Assembly (NCBI GenBank): GCA_028875125.1
Contig: JAPPGC010000094.1
Span: forward strand, 15,761 to 79,760
Length of the DNA stretch: 64,000 nt
Direction: 5' to 3'
Source: Bacteroidota bacterium
GTDB taxonomy: Bacteria > Bacteroidota > Rhodothermia > Rhodothermales > Bin80
Of the stretch, positions 55,502-64,000 are shown piece after piece. Both the position numbers and the translations under genes were made by a program. The number at the start of each line of letters is the position of its first letter. Position 1 is the stretch's first letter. The notes beneath the pieces are model-generated. The model saw only the letters and a program-made list of their open reading frames with translations. It ran no database searches and had not been told where the DNA came from.

Positions 55502-58500
55502 CTAAACCAGAAGCGCACTTTCGATAACTTCTTCCTGTTCAAGCTGGTGCACCATAGAACTCCCAGTTGCTGGGCTGGCACTCGGATGACGCCCGGCATA
55601 CTGTATTCTGAATTCATGTCCGGGATGCACAGAACGGAGGGTGCTAGTCAAGAGTGGGCGGACATAGGTCCAAGCTCCCATGTTCGCGGGCTCTTCCTGT
55701 GCCCAGCAAATTTCCACATCAGGACGGTATTTCGACAGTTCGGTGTGTAGCGCTTCCCGTGGCCAGGGATAGTATTGTTCCAGTCGAATCAGTGCGATGG
55801 AGTCGCGTTGATCTTCGTGTTTATCAAGCTCGGCCAACAGGTCGTAGTAAATTTTTCCACTGCACATCACGAGGCGGTCAATAGTGGCAGCATTCTTCTC
55901 CGTACCGATCACCGGCATAAATCCGCCATCAATCAAGTCCGCCGGCGAGGAGATTGCCTTTGGATGCCGTAAGAGGCTCTTGGGAGTCATTAGGATCAGA
56001 GGCTTCTTGACATCCCGCAAGACCTGCTGCCTGAGTGCGTGAAAGTAGTTACTGGGTGTGCTCAGGTTGCACACGATCATATTTCCTTCAGCGCAAAGTT
56101 GGAGATACCGCTCTAGGCGCGCTGACGAATGCTCGGGGCCCTGTCCCTCGTACCCGTGTGGAAGCAAGTTAACTATGCTGCTTTCCTGGCCCCACTTTTC
56201 TTCGGCCGCCGATAAGAATTGGTCAAAAACGATCTGTGCACCATTAGAAAAATCTCCGAACTGGGCTTCCCAAATCACCAATGCATCCCTGTTTTCGACC
56301 GAGTAGCCGTACTCAAATGCAGCTACTGCATATTCGGAAAGCAGACTATCGTAGATATGCAGCTTTGCCTGATTTTCCGTGATGTTGTTGAGTGGGATGT
56401 ATTCTTCATTCGTGTTTTGATCATAGACAACAGCGTGGCGCTGCGAGAAGGTCGCCCGTCGGGAATCCTGCCCACTCAGGCGAACTGTAGTTCCCTCCTG
56501 TAGCAGCGTGCCGAATGCCAATGCTTCAGCAAATGCCCAGTCTATGATGCCTGATTTCCGCAGTTTTTGATCTCTGCGCTTGAACTGCTGCATCAGTTTA
56601 GGATGTGCATTAAAACCTTCGGGAGTTCTCAGCAGCGTACTCAGCACGGCTTCCAATTGCTCTTCCGAAACACGGGTATCTACCCACGGTATCGTGTCGT
56701 AACTCCGATTGTGGAAATGCTCAAGTATTTGCGCGGCGTCCTTTTCCTTGAGGTCAGAGGTGCGCTCGAAGGCCTCCTGCAACAAATCCCTGAAGCCATC
56801 CAGCATTTTCTCCGCTTCATCGGGTGTCATGTCCCCCCGATTAAGGAGCGATTCTGTATACAACTTTCGGGGAGATCGTTTTTTCTTGATTTGCTGATAT
56901 AGAACAGGGTTGGTATAAGTCGGCTCATCCCCCTCGTTGTGGCCGTGTTGCCGGTAACAAAGCATATCAATCACGATATCTTTATTGAACACCTGGCGGT
57001 AGTCTAGGGCTAGGCGGGCAACACGTACGCATGCTTCAGGATCATCTCCATTAACGTGGAAGATGGGCGCTTCAATGAGCCGTGCCACATCGGTCGCATA
57101 TGTTGAGCTACGAGCCTCGCTTGGTCCGGTAGTGAAACCGATCTGGTTGTTGATCACGAGATGGATGGTTCCACCGGTATGATAGCCCCGGAGCTGGCTG
57201 CAATTAAGAGTTTCAGCGACCACGCCCTGACCGGCAAATGCCGCATCACCATGAATTAACACGGGAATTATGGCATCAACGACCCGGTCGCCAGGGGCGT
57301 TCGGGTCATCCATATCCCGCAGGCAGTCCTGTTTGGCTCGGACCATTCCCTCCACAATCGGGCTCACAGACTCCAAGTGGCTTGGATTGGATGCTAGCGT
57401 GAGCGCGATCTTGGCGCCATCTGAGGCCTCATAAACTCCCTTGCTGCCCAGATGATATTTTACGTCCCCGGAGCCATAAATCGTATCGGGATTAATGTTA
57501 CCTTCAAACTCCGAGAAGATCACCTCATAGGATTTTCCCATGATATTGGCCAGAACATTTAGCCGCCCTCGGTGCGCCATACCAATCACGATCTCATGCA
57601 CCCCCTGTTCGGCGGCATCGCCCATAATCACATCCAGCATCGGTACGATACTCTCGCCTCCTTCCAGAGAAAAACGCTTATGACCAATGAAGCGTGTATG
57701 CAGAAATCGCTCAAACGACTCCGCTTCATTCAGCTTGTGCAGAATGCGTCGCTTATCCTCCAGGGTAAGCTCTTCGGCATTGCGCAGTGGCTCAATTTTT
57801 TCCTGCAACCAATGTTTTTCCAGGGGACTGGAAATATGCATGTACGAAACGCCAATCCGGCGCGTATAGGTTTCCCGAAGGATATTCAGGATATCCCGCA
57901 AGGGAAGTACATCCTTACCACCCAATCCCCCTGTAACGAACTCCCGGTCCAGGTCCCAGACGGTGAGTCCATACTTGGCGGGATCCAGTTCGGGGTGATA
58001 CTTCCAATTTGGTTGTAATGGATTTATGTCTGCCTGCAGGTGACCCAAGACGCGAAACAGCCGGATCAGGATCATAACTTGGGCCTGTTTTTGAATCGCA
58101 TCAAGCTCTATACCCGTCTGCTGAGAGGCGCCCAGGCGCGGCGTAGAGTCAGGACTAAGTACATAAGGGGGGTGAGGTACATGCAGATCTTCGAAGACAT
58201 TTGAATAAAAATCCTCCTCTCCCTGTAGAAGTTTCGCAACATGGGCTAAAAACGCACCACTTTCTGCGCCCTGAATGACACGGTGATCGTAAGTACTGGT
58301 AACAGTCATTACGGGAGACAGCCCGACCTTGCTTGCAGCAGAGGCGCTTATGGCCTGGTATTCCGCTGGATAGCCAATTGAGCCGATCCCCACGATCACT
58401 CCTTGGCGGGGCATAAGCCGTGGCACGCTCAGACTCGTCCCAATCATCCCCGGATTGGTGAGTGTTACATTCGTATTCTGGAAATCCTCCAGCGTAAGCT

Positions 58501-59137
58501 TATTAGAGCGGGCGCGCTGGATGATTTCATTGTAAGATGCCAGGAATTGCGCAAAATTCATTTGCTCCGCGCCCTTGATATTAGGCACAAGCAGCGATCG
58601 ACGTCCTCGGCGCTGGGTGTCAATGGCCAAACCAAAATTCACGTGCGATGGACGTACATGCTGTGGCTTATTGCCATCCCGGATGAACGTGCTGAACATA
58701 GTCGGGAAAGCCTTCAGTGCCTGTACAATCGCAAAAGCAATCAGGTGAGTGAAGGACACCTTCTGCCCACCAATTCCGCGCTGGTATTGGTTGAGCAGAG
58801 TCCGGTTCTCGGTGAGCAGTTTCACAGATAGGGTTCGAACAGAGGTTGCAGTAGGAATCTCCAGACTGGCCTCCATGTTCTCCACGATAGCTGCACTCGG
58901 CCCACGAATGGGGGCGACGGCGGTATCGGCCGGCAGGCCGTCTCCTGACGGACGCGGTGGCTCTTTGGCTATGGTAGTTTGCCGATCCTGTTTGGGTTCA
59001 ACCGTAACAGGAATACTTTCCCCGGGGTCATAATCGGCAAAAAAATCCCGCCAACTTTCGCTGACGCTAGAGGGGTCGTCCTGGAAGCGCTTGTAGAGGG
59101 CCTCGACGTAACCGGTATTGAATCCAAGCAAGCTCAC
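55502..59137 (-). CDS. OdhA/Kgd-type multifunctional 2-oxoglutarate dehydrogenase: an E2-like acyltransferase catalytic domain inserted into the E1 component
   Basis: 1211 aa. It has the SucA N-terminus (GYVEALYKRFQDDPSSVSESWRDFF). Residues ~80-310 form a 2-oxoacid dehydrogenase acyltransferase core (TSTYDHRVIQGAESGAFL). The rest is the E1 TPP body (GMAHRGRLNVL, GDAAFAGQGVV, EAQFGDF). No lipoyl domain is present. Confidence 0.85.
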   Translation of the reverse strand: MSLLGFNTGYVEALYKRFQDDPSSVSESWRDFFADYDPGESIPVTVEPKQDRQTTIAKEPPRPSGDGLPADTAVAPIRGPSAAIVENMEASLEIPTATSVRTLSVKLLTENRTLLNQYQRGIGGQKVSFTHLIAFAIVQALKAFPTMFSTFIRDGNKPQHVRPSHVNFGLAIDTQRRGRRSLLVPNIKGAEQMNFAQFLASYNEIIQRARSNKLTLEDFQNTNVTLTNPGMIGTSLSVPRLMPRQGVIVGIGSIGYPAEYQAISASAASKVGLSPVMTVTSTYDHRVIQGAESGAFLAHVAKLLQGEEDFYSNVFEDLHVPHPPYVLSPDSTPRLGASQQTGIELDAIQKQAQVMILIRLFRVLGHLQADINPLQPNWKYHPELDPAKYGLTVWDLDREFVTGGLGGKDVLPLRDILNILRETYTRRIGVSYMHISSPLEKHWLQEKIEPLRNAEELTLEDKRRILHKLNEAESFERFLHTRFIGHKRFSLEGGESIVPMLDVIMGDAAEQGVHEIVIGMAHRGRLNVLANIMGKSYEVIFSEFEGNINPDTIYGSGDVKYHLGSKGVYEASDGAKIALTLASNPSHLESVSPIVEGMVRAKQDCLRDMDDPNAPGDRVVDAIIPVLIHGDAAFAGQGVVAETLNCSQLRGYHTGGTIHLVINNQIGFTTGPSEARSSTYATDVARLIEAPIFHVNGDDPEACVRVARLALDYRQVFNKDIVIDMLCYRQHGHNEGDEPTYTNPVLYQQIKKKRSPRKLYTESLLNRGDMTPDEAEKMLDGFRDLLQEAFERTSDLKEKDAAQILEHFHNRSYDTIPWVDTRVSEEQLEAVLSTLLRTPEGFNAHPKLMQQFKRRDQKLRKSGIIDWAFAEALAFGTLLQEGTTVRLSGQDSRRATFSQRHAVVYDQNTNEEYIPLNNITENQAKLHIYDSLLSEYAVAAFEYGYSVENRDALVIWEAQFGDFSNGAQIVFDQFLSAAEEKWGQESSIVNLLPHGYEGQGPEHSSARLERYLQLCAEGNMIVCNLSTPSNYFHALRQQVLRDVKKPLILMTPKSLLRHPKAISSPADLIDGGFMPVIGTEKNAATIDRLVMCSGKIYYDLLAELDKHEDQRDSIALIRLEQYYPWPREALHTELSKYRPDVEICWAQEEPANMGAWTYVRPLLTSTLRSVHPGHEFRIQYAGRHPSASPATGSSMVHQLEQEEVIESALLV

Positions 59138-59381
59138 GGGTCCTATCTAGATTGGTGGGTATAAGAGAAGGTACAATATTTCGCAAGGCAATGGAGGAGC
59201 AAGGATACACTTGAACCGAAATGCATTACACTGGTTGAGGCCAACACGTTACTATATGATCAAACGCTCAAATGGTTGATTGCGTTCAGGACTGCGATTA
59301 TGCTCCAGAAGGTTGCAAACATGTTTGAAGCTGCCGTAAATTACTAAGGCATGGCACCAAGATTAAGGGAATTAGAGTATT

Positions 59382-62216
59382 ATGAAACGTAAACCGGATT
59401 TCCCCCTGATGCTTGCTGCCACGCTTCCGACGTTTCAGCACAGGATACCCTCCCTTGACAAGCTGCCTTTAATGATCCAGCCAGTTCATAGATGTTGGGG
59501 GCGGTATGGAGCCACCCTTCTGGTGATGGCAATTCTCTTGAATATCGCCCAGGTTTCGGCGGAACCGGGATCAACAGGCAAAATTGCGGGCCGGATTGTG
59601 GATGTGGACACCGGTGATCCCTTGCCCGGAGCTGCCGTCAGAATTGAAGAAACAGTTCTTGGTGACGCAACTGATAGCGAGGGCCATTACGCGATAATCA
59701 ATGTCAAGCCGGGCACATACACGATTGTGGCATCCATGATCGGATATGCTACGGTTAGGATTGAGAATGTTGAAGTTTCGGCGGACCGTACCACGCGGGT
59801 CAACATTGAGCTCCGGGAGGCCGTAATTGAGGGTGAGGAGATCTTGGTGATAGCCCAACGCCCGCTCATTGAGCAGGATCGCACGACTTCAGCGTCCTAC
59901 GTATCTGCTGAGTCTATTGAGAGCCTTCCAGTACAGGAATTCCAGGATCTACTCCAGATGCAGCCTGGCGTAGCCTATGACGCATCTGGGCGCCTGCATT
60001 TGCGCGGAGGACGTCATGGCGAAGTCGCCTATATGATCGATGGCATCCCGGTAACAGATCAGTTTGGCGGCGGAAGCAAGATAGAAATTGAAAACAGTTG
60101 GGTACAGGAATTGCAAGTGATCAGCGGTACCTTCAACGCAGAGTACGGGCAGGCTCAGTCCGGCGTCATCAATGTCATCTCTAAAGAAGGGCGCCCCGTG
60201 CTGGGCGGTACAGCATCGTTCTTCGGGGGCAGTTATTTGACGGGGAAAAACGATGTTTTCCTGAATTCTGCCTCACCCAGATTGTCTGAGTTTAATGGCG
60301 AAGTATCGCTTGATGGCCCGATTCCATTTCTGCCGTCCGGTTCATTTCTGGTCAGTGCACGTCTCCTTGATTCTGACGGGTGGCTGTTCGGTGAGCGTCG
60401 GGTCCAGATAGACGACACAGTTCCGATCCAGGAGTTTATCCGGCAGGCACGTCAAACGTCAAGTGATCATGAGACGTTAGTAGGCATTCGGATTCCAGAT
60501 TCGCTGCAGACGGGAGATGGCGCGATGGTCGCTATGAACTATCGCAGGAAATATGCCCTGCATTCTTCGCTTTCAGCGCGCCCGCTACAGGCGCTGAAGG
60601 TGAGCTATTCCTTGTTCCTTAACGTTCAGGATCGGAAGAACTATCAGGATAGCCGACGATTTGCCCCGGATGGTCAGCCAACGGTCACCGACCGGGGACA
60701 GAATCACATCCTGTCTCTGACCCATACCCTGACATCATCCACTTTCTACAGGATGGCTTTTTCGTTTCAACGTGACCGGAGGAAGAGCCACCTGTTTGAT
60801 AATCCGTTGGACCCGCGATACCAGGGGCTGGCATTCGGGACCCAGGGATTTCTCTTTGGCGGGACCAGCAACGGACGTTCCGAGATAACACAAGATTTGT
60901 ACTGCGGGAAGGTGGACTTCACGAGTCAGGTTGACCGGTTCAATCTGATAAAGATGGGAATGGAATATCGGCGACACAATATCAGGACTCGCGAACTGGT
61001 GACTATTTCCGATGGTCCGGTATATGAGCCTCCAAATCTTCGCATTCCGTCCGAAAATACGGCCGGCAATGATGTCTATACCCAACAACCGCGTGAATTA
61101 TCAGCCTATGTGCAGGACAAGATTGAGATTGATGAAATCATCCTGAATGCCGGGCTGCGCTTTGACTTCTGGGATCCAAGGGGCCGCATTCCGACAGATC
61201 TGGAGGCCATTACCAATCCGGAGGATGGCATTCGGCTGGATACGGACTTTGAAGCGTCAGCAACGAGTTCCCAACTCAGTCCCCGGATCGGGTTGGCATT
61301 CCCTATTGCCGAATCGGGGGTGCTCCATGTGTCCTACGGCCATTTTTTCCAGATTCCGCGATTCTCGTACATCTTCACCAACTCTGAATTTGAGGTGAGG
61401 CTGGGTGACCTGGAAACAATGATGGGCAACGCCAATCTGAAGCCGGAAAGGACGATTGCCTATGAAGTTGGCGTGCAGCAGGCCGTTGCAGCTGACTGGA
61501 AGTTTGAACTTACCGTCTATTACAAGGACATAAAGAACCTGCTTGGGCAGGAAATCATTACAACGCGCGACAAGAAGATCTACGCGCGCTACATCAACCG
61601 GGATTACGGTAACACGCGCGGGATCGTATTCTCCCTGATTAGGCAGTATCGGGGCAGTCTCGGGGCGACGGTAGATTACACCTACCAGATTGCCCGCGGC
61701 AATGCTTCGGATCCCAATGCGGTCTTTTTTGACCATCAGGCCAGCCCACCGCGAGAAAGTGAGAAGCAGATTCTCCCCCTGGACTGGGATCAGCGGCATA
61801 CGCTAAATGGGACCCTGATCGTGGGCAATCCCGGCAGTTGGACGCTGAGCTTTATTGGCCGCTTCCATACCGGCCAGCCCTACACGCCTACAGATCCAGG
61901 CAGTGCCCTGGCTGAGCAGTTTGGGAACAGCGAGCGGAAACCTTCGCAGGTGAGTCTCGACGTTAATTTCAATCGTAGCTTGCAGTGGAGAGCGATGCGT
62001 GTGAAGCTATTCGGGCGGGTGTACAATGCGCTGGACCGTCTGAATGCGGACCGCGTGTATTCCAGTACCGGCAATCCCGCGCATCCTTATCGGACGGTTG
62101 GAGAAACCGAGATACTGGCACAGAACCCCAATTTCACCGTGGATGAGATAAATCTGAGGCCGGATTTTTATTCGCAACCACGGCGGATTGTCGTGGGTGT
62201 TGAACTTAGTTTCTAA
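59382..62216 (+). CDS. TonB-dependent receptor (CarboxypepD_reg + plug + barrel), paralog of 26364..29189
   Basis: TGKIAGRIVDVDTGDPLPGAAVRIE...GHYAIINVKPGTYTI, EGEEILVIAQRP and a plug (LQVISGTFNAEYGQAQSGVINVISK). The true start is probably an internal Met (about 59472 or 59535). The C-terminus ends ...VGVELSF. Confidence 0.9.
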   Translation: MKRKPDFPLMLAATLPTFQHRIPSLDKLPLMIQPVHRCWGRYGATLLVMAILLNIAQVSAEPGSTGKIAGRIVDVDTGDPLPGAAVRIEETVLGDATDSEGHYAIINVKPGTYTIVASMIGYATVRIENVEVSADRTTRVNIELREAVIEGEEILVIAQRPLIEQDRTTSASYVSAESIESLPVQEFQDLLQMQPGVAYDASGRLHLRGGRHGEVAYMIDGIPVTDQFGGGSKIEIENSWVQELQVISGTFNAEYGQAQSGVINVISKEGRPVLGGTASFFGGSYLTGKNDVFLNSASPRLSEFNGEVSLDGPIPFLPSGSFLVSARLLDSDGWLFGERRVQIDDTVPIQEFIRQARQTSSDHETLVGIRIPDSLQTGDGAMVAMNYRRKYALHSSLSARPLQALKVSYSLFLNVQDRKNYQDSRRFAPDGQPTVTDRGQNHILSLTHTLTSSTFYRMAFSFQRDRRKSHLFDNPLDPRYQGLAFGTQGFLFGGTSNGRSEITQDLYCGKVDFTSQVDRFNLIKMGMEYRRHNIRTRELVTISDGPVYEPPNLRIPSENTAGNDVYTQQPRELSAYVQDKIEIDEIILNAGLRFDFWDPRGRIPTDLEAITNPEDGIRLDTDFEASATSSQLSPRIGLAFPIAESGVLHVSYGHFFQIPRFSYIFTNSEFEVRLGDLETMMGNANLKPERTIAYEVGVQQAVAADWKFELTVYYKDIKNLLGQEIITTRDKKIYARYINRDYGNTRGIVFSLIRQYRGSLGATVDYTYQIARGNASDPNAVFFDHQASPPRESEKQILPLDWDQRHTLNGTLIVGNPGSWTLSFIGRFHTGQPYTPTDPGSALAEQFGNSERKPSQVSLDVNFNRSLQWRAMRVKLFGRVYNALDRLNADRVYSSTGNPAHPYRTVGETEILAQNPNFTVDEINLRPDFYSQPRRIVVGVELSF

Positions 62217-62224
62217 ACAGGCGC

Positions 62225-64000
62225 ATGTGGCAAATGGGTGGCAATTCCCCGACTAGGTGGGCACACGGGCCGGTGCCAGGTTCGGCATCCTGCATTCAGG
62301 GCTGGTATTCGGGGCCATCCAGGTGGGCATTGCTCATCCTGCTGCTTTTTGTTGCGTACGACGCGCGGGCACAGACACGGCCTGAAGCGGGCAGAGACCA
62401 GCGGCGCACGGGCATTCATGATGGCAATCTTGTATACACACGCTACTCCAATTACGGCAACCTGGGATCTCGGTACGAACCTCCCAAGATGGAATGGCCG
62501 AAAGGCTCCGGCACATGGTATGGGTTTGAGTTCATCATGATGGCTGGTGCAGAAGTGCAGGATGCCAACGGGAGACTTATCAGGGTGGTATCCGAGAATT
62601 ACACCAATCCGGGATCCTTTGATATCAGTCCCGACGGTTCGCATACCTATGGATGGGAGCCCTTGGCGGGTTATTTCAATCCAGAGGCCGCCAATGTGCA
62701 CAATTATCCTGCCATGAGCCACTTGGCTGAGACATGGCCTAGAGCGTGGCCCCATGATTACCCTGGCCCGCCAGGATCTCGGGATGGGAGGTGGAATGGG
62801 GAGTTTGGCTCTTTCGTCCGGGCAGATCAGGAGAGCTATTACGTGATGGATGACCGCAACAATGACGAGTTTGACTACTACCCGTTCATTGGCAGCCCGC
62901 AGGACTCGGCAGATTTTCCGTCCGGTCTGCGGGGTCTGGGTCTGGAAGTAAGGGTTCGCGGATACCAGTGGGTTTCCGTTCAGGCCGAGGACATCCTGAT
63001 TGTCCGCTACGACATCAAGAACGTCAGCCACAAGCTGCTGAGGCGTGTTGTCTTTGGCATGTACGTGGATCCGGCCGTAGGAGGACAGGGTGATTCAGTA
63101 GATGATTTCGCCGACTTTGAGCAGGTTGATGATATTGTCTATATGTGGGACCGCGACGGAATAGACAATCGCGGCCGCCCGGGAGTAGGTTATTTCGGCT
63201 TCGCCTTCCTGGAGAGTCCCGGAGATCCGCTCAACGAAATAGATAATGATCAGGATGGTATCGTTGACGAGCGGCAGGACAACCCTCGGGGCATCATGGT
63301 CGCTGGCCAGGATGAGATTGAGGCCTATGTAGATTCCCGATATGACCGAAACCAATTTGAGAGTTTCTACGGGGCCTTGTCGCTGCGACCAGCTTACGAG
63401 AGCGGAATGTGGTGGACCGGAGATGAAGACATGGACTGGGTGCCCTATCTGGATGCTAATGGTAACGGGCTAAGAGATGCGGGAGAATTGATTCTCGATG
63501 ACACCGGTTCGGACGGACTGACCCCTCAGGCGGAAGGCTATCTCGGCCCTGACACCGATGGCACGGAGGGAAACGGGATCCCCGATGAAGGCGAACCGAA
63601 CTTCGGCAAGACCGACAATGATGAATCAGATCAGATTGGCCTGACCAGTTTCGTGTTGCGTCCGGCCGGCAACGTGAGTGACGACGCCCGTACTTGGCGC
63701 GAAATGGAACCTGGGAGCTTTGGCGGGTCAATGCCGAGCAACCTGGCGTTCATTTACGGATCTGGCTATTTCGAACTGCCGCGGGAAGAGACGCGCAAGT
63801 TTGCCATCGCCAATCTTTTTGGCCGTGACTTTGATGATATCCTGCGCAACAAGCGCACAATGCAGCGTATTTATGATGCCGATTACTCGTTCGCGCGGCC
63901 ACCCAACAAGCCCACACTAACGGCGGTTACGGGGGATCGCAAGGTGACCCTAATGTGGGACAATCGGGCTGAGTTCTCACGTGACCCGATCTATGGGCGC
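62225..64000 (+). CDS. uncharacterised secreted TBDR-partner protein (homolog of 29212..31452) with thrombospondin-type-3-like acidic Ca-binding repeats, truncated by the window end
   Basis: Absent from the ORF track because no stop lies in the window. My translation gives 592 codons without a stop: MWQMGG...RWALLILLLFVAYDARAQ...MEWPKGSGTWYG...LEVRVRGYQWVSVQAEDILIVRYDIKNVS...EIDNDQDGIVDE...DTDGTEGNGIPDEGEPNFGKTDNDESD...PPNKPTLTAVTGDRKVTLMWDN. It starts 8 nt after the TBDR stop. Confidence 0.7.
   Translation, partial: MWQMGGNSPTRWAHGPVPGSASCIQGWYSGPSRWALLILLLFVAYDARAQTRPEAGRDQRRTGIHDGNLVYTRYSNYGNLGSRYEPPKMEWPKGSGTWYGFEFIMMAGAEVQDANGRLIRVVSENYTNPGSFDISPDGSHTYGWEPLAGYFNPEAANVHNYPAMSHLAETWPRAWPHDYPGPPGSRDGRWNGEFGSFVRADQESYYVMDDRNNDEFDYYPFIGSPQDSADFPSGLRGLGLEVRVRGYQWVSVQAEDILIVRYDIKNVSHKLLRRVVFGMYVDPAVGGQGDSVDDFADFEQVDDIVYMWDRDGIDNRGRPGVGYFGFAFLESPGDPLNEIDNDQDGIVDERQDNPRGIMVAGQDEIEAYVDSRYDRNQFESFYGALSLRPAYESGMWWTGDEDMDWVPYLDANGNGLRDAGELILDDTGSDGLTPQAEGYLGPDTDGTEGNGIPDEGEPNFGKTDNDESDQIGLTSFVLRPAGNVSDDARTWREMEPGSFGGSMPSNLAFIYGSGYFELPREETRKFAIANLFGRDFDDILRNKRTMQRIYDADYSFARPPNKPTLTAVTGDRKVTLMWDNRAEFSRDPIYGR

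Noticed and set aside
62213-63031. A 272-aa minus-strand ORF listed in the track, and a 100-aa plus ORF at 62238
   Set aside because: A 592-codon stop-free plus frame from 62225 has a signal peptide and homology to the 29212 protein. The listed ORFs are out-of-frame or antisense artefacts.

Overview
The window looks like a chromosomal segment (about 50% GC) from a T9SS-bearing member of the Bacteroidota/Rhodothermota/Balneolota (FCB) group. I infer this from five T9SS C-terminal sorting domains, PorV-like barrels and TonB-dependent receptors (TBDRs) with CarboxypepD_reg domains. No database search was possible.

Layout:
- 1-11.4 kb, housekeeping: rdgB (partial), glyQS, an M19 dipeptidase, rny, a candidate 6S RNA downstream of zapA, pheST preceded by a candidate Phe-leader attenuator, rplT-rpmI-infC and tRNA-Val.
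- 11.7-25.5 kb, accessory envelope genes: an orphan solute-binding protein, an S8 protease fused to plant-type LRRs, a TBDR, an aldo/keto reductase, a very unusual aromatic-rich and RSTP-repeat lipoprotein paired with a barrel protein, and rpsU.
- 26.4-51.8 kb, a polyuronate (most likely alginate) utilisation locus with no SusD. It has a TBDR, a T9SS-CTD partner protein, a PorV/PorQ-like barrel and a second barrel, followed by heparinase II/III, PL6 and PL17-type lyases, a duplicated beta-helix protein, a GntR regulator, a TRAP transporter and an SDR.
- 51.8-53.0 kb, a degenerate region with a gene remnant.
- 53.0-64.0 kb: a DUF5916-like protein, an actinobacterial-style OdhA/Kgd E1-E2 fusion, and a second TBDR plus partner pair that runs off the window end.

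The best candidate for an undescribed system is the recurring TBDR + T9SS-cargo + PorV-like + barrel module.
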